From the NCBI GenBank assembly GCA_951406725.2, contig OX597823.1, forward strand, positions 18,228,001-18,292,000: 64,000 bases of DNA. The letters are read 5' to 3'. The translations under genes and the position numbers were made by a program. A model generated the notes under the pieces. It was not told where the DNA came from. It was given only the letters and a program-made list of their open reading frames with translations, and did no database searches. Every line of letters begins with the position of its first letter. Position 1 is the stretch's first letter. Below, one piece after another: positions 1 through 13,235 of the stretch. The DNA is from Octopus vulgaris. Taxonomy: Eukaryota.

Positions 1-194
1 TGATACACACAAAAAGATGCAGTTTTACACAGACATTCAGAGACCCACGCATACAGATACATACGTTAACAAATTCATAGTCACACACATACGCAATTCA
101 TCCTAAATTCTATTGGTTGATATATGCGTATAAGTAAATAAACGTACGTAATAATATAAGAATTTATGTTTATAGTAACATATGAATATATATG

Positions 195-440
195 AGAGGT
201 ACTGGTATCCAGAAGACCCCAGGTGGCAGGTAACGCTGTTTAAGTGCTCCTTATTTGCTTCCTTTTCCAAAATAACTTCTCCTATTGAACTCCAACATTT
301 CCCTCTAGTTTACCATGTCACATCATCTCTGATGAAGGGATATCTCTAATGTCCAAGAAACAGCTGTAACACAAACTTTCTCTTTATAAATGTCCTGAAA
401 ATTCCATACAGCCTTGGCTTTGTTGTCTCATTTTATTTAG
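195..440 (+). mobile_element. Penelope-like terminal-repeat fragment carrying a hammerhead-like motif
   Basis: Contains CTGATGA(329-335)-stem-GAAA(357-360)-CAGCTG-TA and ends next to a (CA/CG/TA) microsatellite; boundaries approximate. Confidence 0.45.
326..371 (+). ncRNA. Minimal type-I hammerhead ribozyme motif (canonical core, eroded stems)
   Basis: CTGATGA; stem II GGATA/TGTCC; GAAA; palindromic stem III CAGCTG; UA cleavage site; stem I is broken. Confidence 0.5.
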
Positions 441-472
441 CACACGCGCGCGCGCATATATATATATAGGGA

Positions 473-599
473 AACGTAAAGTATACTAGCCATCTCAATA
501 TGGCTAACCACTAAGGATGGGTGTTACAGTAGCTTGTAGCCCCAGTAACACCCACCCTTAGTGGTTAGCCATATTGAGATGGCTAGTATACTTTACGTT
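473..599. repeat. Near-perfect inverted repeat: 55-bp arms, 17-nt loop
   Basis: 473-527 is the reverse complement of 545-599 with 1 mismatch. Confidence 0.95.
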
Positions 600-649
600 G
601 GCGTGCAGTTACTGTTTACATCTCGTTCAGAGATTTATTATTGCTATAT

Positions 650-822
650 AGGGAAAGTTTACGAAAAAAACAAGAGACGAAGACAGGTGGTGTAACAAAA
701 CAAACAGATGTATTAGTATAACGCTCAGGAATAGAAAAGGTCTTTTACGTTTCGAGCCTACGCTCTTCTACAGAAAGGTACACAGAAAAAACAAGGAGAG
801 AAAAAAATGTGTGTAGTGGCTA
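650..822 (-). mobile_element. Penelope-like terminal-repeat family F, copy 1 (hammerhead-like fold 742-777)
   Basis: Homologous to 15784-16040 and 32280-32436; minus strand reads CTTT-CTGTAGA-A-GAGC-GTAG-GCTC-GAAA-CG-TA-AAAG; abuts TA repeats. Confidence 0.65.
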
Positions 823-1413
823 ATGTGTGAGTTTATAGGTTAACTTCTCAGCTTAGGCTTGAAAATATACAATTCATGGTTTTTTCTGATGAGATTATAT
901 ATATGATGTATGTGCCGATGTGGTATAAAAAAATTATGATTGCAGTGCTTTTGTTGCTGTGTTTTGTGGTAAGAAACGGGAGATCATGCGAATGATTTGT
1001 AACTAATACGATCATCATTGCAGCATACGTTTGGCCTGGATCTCAACAACAACAAAATCAACTACAAGAACAATAAGGATAAAAAAATTAACGAAAATTA
1101 AAACAATGACCGAATCACCACACCAAGACAAACTACAATATTGTACATCCATGTAATGATTCTTTCATCACCTCAGCAAGAAATGTCTATGCTTCACTGA
1201 ACAAGTCTCATAAATAACTGTAAATCGTTCGATTTGGTGTGTGTGGGGGGGGTGCGTGCGTGCGTCTGTGTGTTGGTATGACGTAATTATGGATGTTGGA
1301 GATTTTAAGGCGTATGATGTGTAAATTAATCTGAAATACCCTTCAAAATCCGTGAAGCGATTTCAGCGAATCTGTAATCGTGGGAGCTGGGAGTAATTGG
1401 ACAGCCTCTACAT

Positions 1414-2085
1414 CAGGGGTTCTCAACCATTTTTTATCTATGGACTCCCTTTGATTGCTATTTTATTCTGGTGGGAAGGCGCAATGGCCCAGTGGTTAGG
1501 GCAGCGGACTCGCGGTCATAGGATCGCGGTTTCGATTCCCAGACCGGGCGTTGTGAGTGTTTACTGAGCGAAAACACCTAAAGCTCCACGAGTCTCCGGC
1601 AGGGGATGGTGGTGATCCCTGCTGTACTCTTTCACCACAACTTTCTCTCACTCTTACTTCCTGTTTTCTGTTGTACCTGTATTTCAAAGGGCCGGCCTTG
1701 TCACTCTCTGTGTCACGCTGAATATCCCCGAGAACTACGTTAAGGGTACACGTGTCTGTGGAGTGCTCAGCCACTTACACGTTAATTTCACGAGCAGACT
1801 GTTCCGTTGATTCGGATCAACCGGAACCCTTGTCGTCGTAACCGACGGAGTGCTTCCAAACTTCTGGTGGATCCCGTATCCATTTGATGTATTCCTAGAA
1901 TGTCATTTATTAATGTTTTCACACATTAATTTGTGTAGGTTGAATTACATAAAATGTCAGAGAAAGAAATCTATTTCTTGCAATATATACCAATGCATAC
2001 GTCTAAAGCAAATTTTTGTCAGCGGCCCTTAAAATATTATTGTGGATTCCCAAATTATTATTTTGCTGTATGGACCCCAAAAATC
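1414..2085 (+). mobile_element. Probable hAT(Charlie)-like non-autonomous element 5' part, interrupted by a SINE
   Basis: Starts CAGGGGTTCTCAAC after the 8-mer CTCTACAT; no matching right TIR seen. Confidence 0.4.
1471..1858 (+). mobile_element. tRNA-derived SINE family A, full length
   Basis: A box TGGCCCAGTGG, B box GGTTTCGATTCCC; near-identical to five other copies; TTCTGGTGG direct repeat at 1466-1474 and 1862-1870. Confidence 0.92.
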
Positions 2086-2518
2086 CGGGAATACAGAACA
2101 TCAGCAGCAGCAACAAGAGCAACAGCATAACAGCAACATTTAAAGCAACAAAAGTAACAAGTTTCGCTTCTGTGACACAAATAAAATGTCTGTTCGCGCT
2201 GCTGACATTCTTCTGTAGAGTCTAGACTTGCGATTGCAGAAGAACAAGGTTACCAACCAAACACTCCAGTCGAATTACAATCATTCTACGTTCTAACAAC
2301 ACATCCTTCAACGCCATCATCATTGAAATATGTTCACATTCCACTTTTACCGCCACCCTCCTCTGACCCAGTGTCTGCGACACTAAAATATCTGCCCAAT
2401 GAGATAAACAATACAAGTACTCAGATCCTTATACAGATTCCACACACACACACACACGCACACTTTCACACATACACACACACACACACATACACACACA
2501 TGCACACACACACACACA

Positions 2519-2673
2519 TTTTATCTGAAGAGTCAACAAGTAGCAGCAGCCAAGAAATGGAGGAAGCTTTCGTACCAAGAACGACTTTGGAGCCTCACTT
2601 TCCAAATCAGAGTGAGCTAGATGATTTAATCAGGGATCTGGGTCTTACTAAGTCAGGAGCTGAACTTCTTTCA
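2519..2673 (+). pseudogene. Internal fragment of a DNA transposase, Chapaev3(CMC)-like
   Basis: Encodes [28 protein letters not shown], recognised as the 'LNDLVRDLxLxKxxAELL' motif; embedded in (CA)n. Confidence 0.55.
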
Positions 2674-2750
2674 TACAGACACACACACACATACAGACAC
2701 ATGCATACATATACACGCATGCATATTTACGCACACATACATACATGAAT

Positions 2751-2816
<66 letters not shown>

Positions 2817-2841
2817 TTATATATATATATATACATATATA

Positions 2842-2912
<71 letters not shown>

Positions 2913-2922
2913 ATGTATTATG

Positions 2923-2980
<58 letters not shown>

Positions 2981-3567
2981 TATATATTATGTATGTGTGT
3001 ATATATATATATATATATAAAACCAAACCCCTAATGCCTTACCCAAATTCACAAACGCAAACATAGGTGTGTGTGTGTCTGTCTGTCTGCGTGCGTCTGT
3101 GTGTGTAAATGAGTATATAAATGTATGCATGTGTGTGCGTGTGCATGTGTGTGTGCATGTGTCATATTAAAAACACACTTGTGCTTTCAAAACGAAACAA
3201 GATAATTTTTCTTTATATTGTGTGTGACTTCCTTTCGTTTGAAATAATAAAGTTCACAAAATTATTGACATTTCTACACATTCACAGTCACATCTTCATG
3301 ACGTTGTGATTTTGGTGTATGCTGCTGCCTCTTTATTGTAGGAAGGGCTAATGCGGCTTGTGCAAGCACTACCGCTGGAATTCTAATTTTTACACCAGTT
3401 GGGTTGAACAAAATAAACACAAGATACACACTAGAAATGTTGACTGTATAGCTTTTGGGAACTCACCAGTAGATATTTAGAAAGTTCCAGAATGATCTCT
3501 TAAACAATTCTAGAACATAATCCAGATGGATACAAATAAAGCTTTGAACAATAAACCAATCTATTTC

Positions 3568-3843
3568 GTACCCTTAACGTAGTTCTCGGGGATAGTCAGA
3601 GTGACACAGAGAGTGACAAGGCCGGCCCTTTGAAATACAGGTACAATAGAAACAGGAAGTAAGAGTGAGAGAAAATTGTGGTGAAAGAGTACAGCAGGGA
3701 TCACCACCATCCCTGTCGGAGCCTCGTGGAGCTTTTAGGTGTTTTCGCTCAATAAACACTCACAACGCCCGGTCTGGGAATCGAAACCGCGATCCTATGA
3801 CCGCGAGTCCGCTGCCCTAACCACTGGGCCATTGCGCCTCCAC
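3568..3843 (-). mobile_element. SINE family A, 3'-truncated; part of an inverted duplication
   Basis: Reverse complement of 6646-6921, with the same flank and private variants. Confidence 0.9.
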
Positions 3844-4357
3844 GGATACACGCGATATAACCTGTGACGTAGAGAAGAAATTATGCGCATAAGTTGAAGC
3901 CAGTTACCTCTCAGATCTCAACATGATGTTAAAGAGTAGCGAAAAGAAAAGCATCTATGCTGAACTGAAGAGAAATCTTCAAGTGCTATATATATTTATT
4001 TCGATAGGAGTCGATGTGAAGTCTACACCTTCAGGACTAACTGTTAAATTGACAACATTTTGCCGCTGATTTTTTATGCCCTTAAACCAAGAGACAACTG
4101 CAATACTCTACGTCGCACAACATAGAACAGACCCAGGCAGGAAAACATTGTTGGCAACAAGAGTTGTACTCCGCAGAATCACCCATAAAAATAGTTGATT
4201 GATGATGGAACCAAAACTCATAATATAACACCATTCCAAACTTAATAACACAGATGTCGTACGCTAAGCACAAACAAAAATAAACACCTCATATTGACAT
4301 TGGCCCTGCCTGCTATAAAGAGGAGGAAATATATATACACAAAATTTCAACCTGAAG

Positions 4358-4379
4358 CGTGTGTGTGTGTGCGTGTGTT

Positions 4380-4459
<80 letters not shown>

Positions 4460-4527
4460 TAGTGTGTGTGTGTTTGTGTGTGCGTGTGTTTCTCTGTATG
4501 TGTGTGTGTGTAGTGTGTGTATGTGTG

Positions 4528-4580
<53 letters not shown>

Positions 4581-4600
4581 TTTGTGTGTGTGTGTGCGTT

Positions 4601-4631
<31 letters not shown>

Positions 4632-4644
4632 TTGTGTGCGTGTG

Positions 4645-4728
<84 letters not shown>

Positions 4729-4749
4729 TGTGTGTGCGTTTGTGTGCGT

Positions 4750-4800
<51 letters not shown>

Positions 4801-4877
4801 TGTGTTTGTGTGTGTGTGTGTTTGTGTGTGTGCGTTTGTGTGCGTGTGTGTGTGTGTGTGTGTTTGTGTGTGTGTGT

Positions 4878-4939
<62 letters not shown>

Positions 4940-4963
4940 GTGTACGTGTGTGTTGCTGTGTGT
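4358..4963. repeat. ~600-bp interrupted (GT)n microsatellite
   Basis: Directly visible. Confidence 0.98.
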
Positions 4964-5404
4964 ATGGAGTTGTGTCATTATTGTAGGCAGGGCCGTTGTG
5001 ACTACAAAAGTGTGAAAACGTTGAACGTTGATGATGGATTTAGGATCTGATACAGACGAACTGCAAGAAACTGGTGCTAAAACACGAAAAGAAAAAAATG
5101 AAAACGGAACGAAACATAAAACTAAAAATATAGTCGTGATTTTAATACAACGTGTCTAAAAGCTAGGCTGCTCCCAACACATTCAAGTTTGTATGTGTGT
5201 GCTTGTGCGTGTGCGTGCGTGTTTGTGTGTGTGCATGCGTACATATACATATGCATAAATGCATACATACATGCATACAATCATATAGAGATACATGCAT
5301 ACACACATATATATGATGTATGCATGTATGTCTGTGTGCAGCATGCGTATACACGATTGCGAGCAACATTAATTCTTTTCTATACCCGCCACCCCTTTTC
5401 CCTC

Positions 5405-5452
<48 letters not shown>

Positions 5453-5634
5453 GTCTTTCTCTCTCACTCCCTAATAACTATTGAGACTGTACTTATTTCA
5501 CCTCGAATTAAGTGATGACTTCTCGTCCTTGACAAAAGGAGGATTCAAAGTAAACGATTTGCTAAGATTAAAATGTTGAGCAACCGTTGCAGACAAAATT
5601 ACGCCCTGTTTCAATGACATGTTCTATATATATA

Positions 5635-6030
5635 CTAGCAGTATCGCCCGGCGTTGCTCGGGTTTGTAAGGGAAATAACTATATAAGCATTTTTAGAGAG
5701 TTATAGCCAAAAAATAACAAAAAAAATGCATTAAAAATGGAAAAAAAATGATGGTAAATTTTTTTTAAATCGTTGACTCATCGTAGACATTTTTAGAGAG
5801 TTACTTCCCTTATATAAACCGAGCGAAAATGCATTAAAATGGAAAAAAATGATGGTAAATTATTTTTAAAATCGTTGACTCATCGTAGACGCGCGCTTAT
5901 ACACAGAAGGGCTCGATATGAATCACGACTATAAGATACCCGCTTTTGGTTAAACAGCACAGCAAAATGTGGGAGTAGTTAGGAATCTAAATCGTAGGAG
6001 ACAGACACACAACTTGACATTTATATATAA

Positions 6031-6033
<3 letters not shown>
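5635..6033 (-). mobile_element. Non-autonomous Helitron-type element
   Basis: Minus strand 5'-TC...GC-rich subterminal segment...CTAG-3' between A and T; internal ~110-bp duplication; homologous to 9910-10207. Confidence 0.8.
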
Positions 6034-6097
<64 letters not shown>

Positions 6098-6644
6098 GCT
6101 ATAGTGCGTGTAATATACTATGCTTGTATGTACGTATGCATGTATGTATGTTCTTTTTTTTATATTTTTCGAATTCTTTGCAAATGGAGAAAAAGCTTGT
6201 TTCTAGACTTGAAAAAAATCGCTTTCACTGCAATTTAGACAGCATTGAACAGAATATTCTTATATGCACATATGCAAATATACATGCTTACATATATGTA
6301 CGCATATACACATGTATGAATGTATTCGTGTACATACATGCACGGGTGCGCCTTCCTGAATTTTTTCATGCATTTTGACAGTAAGTTCTGTTGATTTGGC
6401 GTATTCTTTCTGTTTCTGAGAATCCCAGCTTCTCAGCATTGGAACTGAGAGAGTTAATCACGTAACCAAGTTTTCCAATAATCATTAGTACAAATCTCAA
6501 CTCATAATATGGAATATAGCACTTGAAGATTTCTCTTCAGTTCTTTTCACAACTCTTTAACATCATGTTGAGATCTGAGAGGTAACTGGCTTCAACTTAT
6601 GCGCATAATTTCTTCTCTACGTCACAGGTTATATCGCGTGTATC

Positions 6645-7037
6645 CGTGGAGGCGCAATGGCCCAGTGGTTAGGGCAGCGGACTCGCGGTCATAGGATCGC
6701 GGCTTCGATTCCCAGACCGGGCGTTGTGAGTGTTTATTGAGCGAAAACACCTAAAAGATCCACGAGGCTCCGGCAGGGATGGTGGTGATCCCTGCTGTAC
6801 TCTTTCACCACAATTTTCTCTCACTCTTACTTCCTGTTTCTATTGTACCTGTATTTCAAAGGGCCGGCCTTGTCACTCTCTGTATCACTCTGAATATCCC
6901 CGAGAACTACGTTAAGGGTACACGTGTCTGTGGAGTGCTCAGCCACTTGCACGTTAATTTCACGAGCATGCTGTTCCGTTGATTCGGATCAACCGGAACC
7001 CTCGTCGTCGTAACCGACGGAGTGCTTCCATCCATCC
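6645..7037 (+). mobile_element. SINE family A, full length
   Basis: 12-bp TSD ATCGCGTGTATC at 6633-6644 and 7038-7049; (TCCA)n tail. Confidence 0.93.
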
Positions 7038-7239
7038 ATCGCGTGTATCGCTTGAATGATATGGAAATCTTGATAGGGGCATTTCGCTTATGATGCGGGT
7101 TATATTCTCAATATTGGTCTCAAATAGCTTACATCTAGTAGTTTAACAGCATTCCTATGTATTAGGTATGTATGCATGTATTATGTATGTGTGAATGTAT
7201 TACATATGGATGCATGTATTACGTATGTGTGTGCATTTG

Positions 7240-7301
<62 letters not shown>

Positions 7302-8020
7302 TGTATGTATGTATTCTCTGAAGAACTGGTTAAAAAGGATTAGATGACGTACCAACATTAGAATGGTGACTTGTTACTTGACTCTGAAATGGAAGGTGCA
7401 TGGAAATTATACGACCGGCAGGTTTGAAGATTTCACGAGAATTAAGTTCCTGGTCGTAAAGACAATTCCAGAAAAGTGAATTTTCGGTCTCTGGTCTGGT
7501 TTGCTGAACCATATTCTTGAAGGCTGTCTTCTTTTTGAAAGCGAACTTCACTAGCTACGATGGTATCAACGCCCAACTTTGAAAGGTCCAAGCGCAACCA
7601 GAGCGGTTTTGACGATCGAGCACGGCGGGCGTTTCGTTCCTGTTTATTGTGAAACTAGGTGGACATTTTCTTTGCTGTTGTTCGATCGCATTTGAGAATT
7701 CTCGTTAGCTGCGGCTGAACAAATGGAGTAAACAGAAAGGAGGGTTAGTCAAGCCATCTTATTCTACGTACCTCTCTATTTGGGGAAAACACTTAGAGAA
7801 CACTGCTACGTAGGTAACAGTGTTGATGAACGATGTGGTTGCACTTGGAATCATATCAAACGACTAATGTACCTGATCCACCAGTATGCAGGTATGCACC
7901 TGTGATTTATTTCAAGCGTCATCTACCTGCCAATTTCATCTCCTTATTGTTGAAATACAGATTGCAAGGTTGTGGCAAAACCATTTGTACCCTGGACAAT
8001 GCAAATATAAATATCGCTCG

Positions 8021-8254
8021 CTTTTATTATTTTACTTGCTTCAGTCATTTGACTACGGCCATGCTGGAGCACCGCCTTTAGTCGAGTAAATCGAGCCCGG
8101 GACTTATTCTTTGTAAACCTAGTACATATTCTATTGGTCTTTTTTACCGAACCGCTAAGTGACGGTGACATAAACACACCACCATCGGTTGTCAAGAAAT
8201 GCTAGGGGGACAAACACAGACACACAAACATACACACACAAACATACACACACA

Positions 8255-8327
<73 letters not shown>

Positions 8328-8481
8328 GGCTTCTTTCAGTTTCCGTCTACCAAATCCACTCACAAGGCTTTGGTCGGCCCGAGGCTATAGTAGAAGACCC
8401 TTGCCCAAGGTGCCACGTAGTGGAACTGAACCCGGAACAATGTGGTTTGTAAGCAAGCTACTTACCACACAGCCACTCCTG
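8021..8481 (-). mobile_element. tRNA-derived CORE-like SINE family B (internal microsatellite)
   Basis: tRNA-like head, ACCTTGGGCAAG core-like motif, internal (TA)(TG)n, AAGTAAAA tail; homologous to 16981-17375. Confidence 0.9.
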
Positions 8482-8599
8482 TTTCACCAATATTCGTTGT
8501 GTTGATGCTTGATTACGTATTCAATAACGGGGACATTCTCTATATTTATTCCAGGATAGTCCTTTTATGAATAGCACTGTATATCCATCGTTCATGAGC

Positions 8600-9210
8600 A
8601 CCAAGTAAAGCTTGGGTACAGAAATCGCTACGATGTTTGGGTACCGCATGAGTTGACTGAGAAGAACCTTTTGGATCACATTTCCATCTGTGATTCGCTT
8701 CATAAACGGAATGAAAACGCGCTTTTTTTAAAGCAAATTGTGACAGGTGATGGGAAATGAATTATCTGCCGAAATGTTCAGAGAAAGCGATCCTGGAGTA
8801 AGCGACATGAGCCACCCTTAGCCACCCTAAAAGCGGGTCTTCACCCTAAAAGTCTTGCATTGTGTCTGGTAGGATTGGAAAGGAATTCTGTACTATGAGA
8901 TTCTCCCAAGTAACCAGACAATTAATTCTGAGAAATACTGCACACAACTGGACGAGTTAAAAGCAGCAATTCAAGAGAAACGTCCAGAATTGGCCAACAG
9001 GAAGGGTATTGTTTTCCAACATGATAATGCAAGACCACACGTTTCTTTGTGAACCAGGCAAAAATTGCTGCAACTCGGCTGGGATGTGTTACCCCCACCT
9101 TCCATATTCCAAATATTGCTCCTTTGGATTTCCACTTATTCAGGTCTCTGCAGAATAGTAAAAATGGTAAAATTTTCAATTCCTTGGAGGACGTAAAAAG
9201 ATACATTGAT
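8600..9210 (+). pseudogene. Degraded mariner transposase
   Basis: WVPHEL, IVTGD, TINSEKYCTQL, QHDNARPH and IAPLDFHLFRSLQN motifs with stops/frameshifts. Confidence 0.92.
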
Positions 9211-9563
9211 GAATTCGATATAGAATCTATATCGAGTGAAAAACGGTATGGACGTTTTGTTTTTGTTTTGGTGTCTCGCTTGCTATATGCGACTATGAGG
9301 ATTTGCATCCCCAACGAAACTCGTCTTTTTCCTAAACTTATAATGTAATACATGTCTTTGGTGTGGTAATTGTGCGCGGCTGAGGAAGGCTATTGACATA
9401 CATATTTCATCAATTATGCATTGATATAAACTGTCCAATAAAGCCAGAAACATATGTACCGCTAAATCCTTTGCATCATGTTTTTCTTTTGATAAATATA
9501 CCCTATCACCTACACCACTAACTGGCATATACAGGTGCTTACAGTTATCAAGTATTCACCCTG

Positions 9564-9635
<72 letters not shown>

Positions 9636-9909
9636 AGCAGAGTTAGCGGTTGGAATAACCGTCTTGGGGATAAGAATATCCGTTCTTATTACTTGTATAA
9701 TTTACCTATGTTAACCCTGGGTATGGATGTATGCAAGCAAACTATGCTCATAAGGTACAGGTAAAAAAACTGAATAAACAAAGGTTAATTATGAATCAAA
9801 TATAAAATAAGCAGAAGATGGAGGAAACTCTAGATCAACAAACAAATTAACCGATGTTGGTCAATTTGATTGTTTGTTGATCAAAAGTTTTCTCTATTTT
9901 TCGGCTTAA

Positions 9910-10207
9910 TCTTTATATATAAAAGTGAAGTTGTGTGAGTGTCTGTCTCCTACGATTTAGATTCCTAACTACTCCCACATTTTGCGGTGCAGTTTAACCA
10001 AAACCGGGTATCTTATAGTCGTGATTCATATCGAGCCCTTCTGGGTATTAGCGCGCGTCTACGATGAGCTTACGATTTTTAAAAAATTTACCATCATTAC
10101 CCATTTTTAATGCATTTTTTGCCATTATATAAGGGAAGTAACTCTCTAAAAATGCTTATATAGTTATTTCTCTTACAAACCCAAGCAACGCCGGGCGATA
10201 CTGCTAG
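9910..10207 (+). mobile_element. Non-autonomous Helitron-type element
   Basis: A|TCTTTATATATAAA...CAACGCCGGGCGATACTG-CTAG|T. Confidence 0.8.
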
Positions 10208-10405
10208 TATTATACATATATATGTGTATGTGTGTTTGTGTGTGTGTGTTAGTGTGTGTGTGTGTGTGTGTGTGTATGTCTGTGTGTAACTGTACACACA
10301 CACAAATATATCGGCCTTAGCGCATGTATGTATATACTTTTACTCATGAAAATGGGTTTATGTCTCTTTAATACATGAATGTCAGTGATTACAACTTATA
10401 TGTGT

Positions 10406-10439
<34 letters not shown>

Positions 10440-11085
10440 ACGTACGCCATGTATACACATACGAGAGCATGTCTGCCTTACAGCTCTTTGGAATGTTTTA
10501 CAAAACCAGTAATTGACCGGGCTTGCAGGATGCGAATTAGGAGATTTTAGATTTTTTTATTGTTTATTTTTATTTTACATTTCTCGCAAGACCCGGTATT
10601 TCTACGGCTTCATGCAGATCTGATGTTAAATATCTTATCTCTCCTATAAAAACATGTATTAATGTTGATTTATAACGGGAATATAAAAGCTGTATGTTCC
10701 GTATCCATTCACCATAAAAATTCTTTTTTCACAGCTTCAGATAAGGCATTTTAACATTTGTTCTCTGTGACATTGCTTCGCTTTTGGTCTCTCCTATGGA
10801 TAAGATTTGTTGTTCTCGCAATATTTGTTTGTTCTGCATGCCTGCATATTTGTTTGTTTTGTAGTGTTTTTTTTTATGTCCCACCAGTTTTTATTTGTTT
10901 TTAAACGCGTGGATACATTCTGGTTTTAGTTTGCCGTTTGTATGAACGTCAGAACAGTCTTTCCTACAGATATAATTGTAAAGAGCTTAGACAACAATGC
11001 TATGTCTCATACGAAAGCGGTATCTTGCGAACATTTTTAGACAACTGCTGCTAATGTTGGTGAACTTTTTTATACAGGTAAGGCA

Positions 11086-11551
11086 CAATTAACATTTTCT
11101 ATCATACCATGGAGGTTTGCAAATTCTTCTCTCTCTCTCTTTCTCTCTCTCCCTCCTTCTCTCCCTCACTCCTTTCTTTTTGCCCTACCTATTTCCTATT
11201 CCTGAGTGACCAACGTGTTTCCTTTAAGCGAGACATAATGATATCACTTATCACTGATCTACAATACGTTCCTCTTTCTGCCTGTACTGTTATTCCCCTA
11301 GTTTGTAAGATATCTATTCCTGCATCACTCTCTGATGATATCATTATTGATTCTTCTCTAGATTTCTATTTAAGTCAGTCAAGCTACCACTGGATTACAC
11401 AGAGCAACAATATACTCAGAGTGGTGTGCTTGTTTCTCCCTTAACTCTTCAATAGATGTTGTCTGGCTGATACAGTGAGACACTTGCCTCGCTCTCTCTA
11501 TCCCACCGTGTAACATTCATTCTTTTAATGTCACAGTCGATGAGGAATTTA
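11086..11551. repeat. Unclassified ~460-bp repeat, copy 1
   Basis: Highly similar direct copy at 26871-27327. Confidence 0.9.
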
Positions 11552-11844
11552 CAAATGATGGTTAATATCTTCTTAGTCTCGACGACAAAGTTTCGAATTT
11601 CTTCAACTGTTCAGCTATATTACCCCAACAGCACTGGTACTGAAAATTTTTATTTTCGGATATGGTCTTATTAATGCACTTCTGTCTTCTATACTTTCAC
11701 AAGTCTGCTGAGGTATTACTTGTCACTCTAACTTTACTCCTGACACCAACATAGGCAACACTTTCGCCAATTTTGTGGCACATGTTGCATTCGTCATAAT
11801 ATATATATATATACATGTGTGTGTGTGCGTGTATGGATTATATT

Positions 11845-12062
11845 GGATTCAAATTTTGGCACAAGGTCAGTAATTTGGGAACTTGGGAAGAGACAAGTCG
11901 ATTACTTCGATCCCAGTGCTCAACTGGTACTTATTTTATCGACTCCGAAAGGATAAAAGGTAAAGTCGACCTCGGCGGAATTTGAACTCAGAACGTAAAG
12001 ACGGACGAAATTCTGTTAAGCATTTTGCCCGGCATGCTAACGATTCTGCCAGCTCACCGCCA
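11845..12062 (-). mobile_element. tRNA-derived SINE family C
   Basis: GGCGGTGAGCTGGCAGAA head, GAGTTCAAATTCCGCCGAGGTCGAC B-box region. Confidence 0.85.
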
Positions 12063-12109
12063 TATGTATGCATTATATTAATTAGACGTACGTATGTATT
12101 TAACTATTA

Positions 12110-12545
12110 TGTATGTCATTATTCAGTTTATTTCAAAATTTCTTGCTAATAGAGAAAGAGCCGGGTTCTAACCTAGATCCAAGACTCCTTCATTGGAATT
12201 TCAACATCAACAACAGGGTATTTTTATTTGTATGTATGTATGTATGTATGTATGCATGTATCTATGTATGTATGTATGTATGTATGTATGTATGTATGTA
12301 TGTATGTATGTATGTATGTATGTATGTATGTATGTATGTATTTACGTGTAGATTTGTATGTTTTATGTATGTATTCTCATGCGTATAGCTGCATATCTAG
12401 ACATGCTCATATATATTTAAGTGATAAACTTCTGGAAAGTTTTACAGATTTTTACAGTTCCAGTGATGGATTGGATCAGTAGTCTTTGAATTAGCTTTCT
12501 CCATTGACAAGCCTAATTTCTCAAGGTTGGTATTTAGGCAGTGTG
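12110..12545 (-). mobile_element. 3' end of an R4-type (REL endonuclease) LINE, embedded in (CATA)n
   Basis: Minus strand encodes IQSITGTVKICKTFQKFIT*; 3' UTR ends GAATAATGA(CATA); homologous to 38454-38670 and 39232-39690. Confidence 0.7.
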
Positions 12546-12849
12546 AATGTATGTATGTATGTATGTATGTATGTATGTATGTATGTATGTATGTATGTAT
12601 GTATGTATGTATGTATGCAGGCATGCATGTATGTATGTATGTATGTATGTATGTATGTATGTATGTATGTATGTATGTATGTATGTATGTATGTATGCAG
12701 GCATGCATGTATGTATGTATGTATGTATGTATGCATGCATGTATGTATGTATGTATGTATGTATGTATGTATGTATGTATGCAGGCATGCATGCATGTAT
12801 GTATGTATGTATGTATGTATGTATGCATGCATGTATGCATGCATGTATG

Positions 12850-12883
<34 letters not shown>

Positions 12884-12935
12884 TGTATGTATGTATGTAT
12901 GCACGCATGTATGCATGCATGTACGCACGTATGTG
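12546..12935. repeat. (TATG)n/(CATG)n tetranucleotide microsatellite
   Basis: Directly visible. Confidence 0.97.
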
Positions 12936-13177
12936 TGAATGTATTATATTACGACGCAAGCACAACCAAATAATCAAGAAATTCGCTACGCAATTATGTC
13001 TTGAGTTCCATATTACTCCATGATATCTTCGCATATGAGTAAAATTGGGTCAACAGAAACGGTGCTGAAGCCTGCCAGATTGACTGAGTCTGTTATGCAA
13101 AGAATCCGACTGGCTCCACAGTTTATCACGCTGATTCGTATCGAGTATTATGCTAAGGTTGCACGTATTTGTATGAG

Positions 13178-13217
<40 letters not shown>

Positions 13218-13235
13218 TATATATATATATACATA

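Noticed and set aside
1475-1550. tRNA-like sequences at SINE heads (also 6648, 16985, 24741, 33372, 40686, 47028)
   Set aside because: No proper acceptor stem or terminator; always fused to SINE bodies with TSDs
4289-4330. TATA-like CTATAAAG with nearby ATTGG, or a minus-strand acceptor
   Set aside because: Spacing atypical and the partner donor is weak; expected by chance
7560-7740. CpG-rich patch as a promoter
   Set aside because: Short, with no linked exon or core motif; may be a TE remnant
10600-10860. Possible Penelope GIY-YIG remnant on the minus strand (IGETK-like)
   Set aside because: Needs frameshifts to assemble; too weak to call without a search
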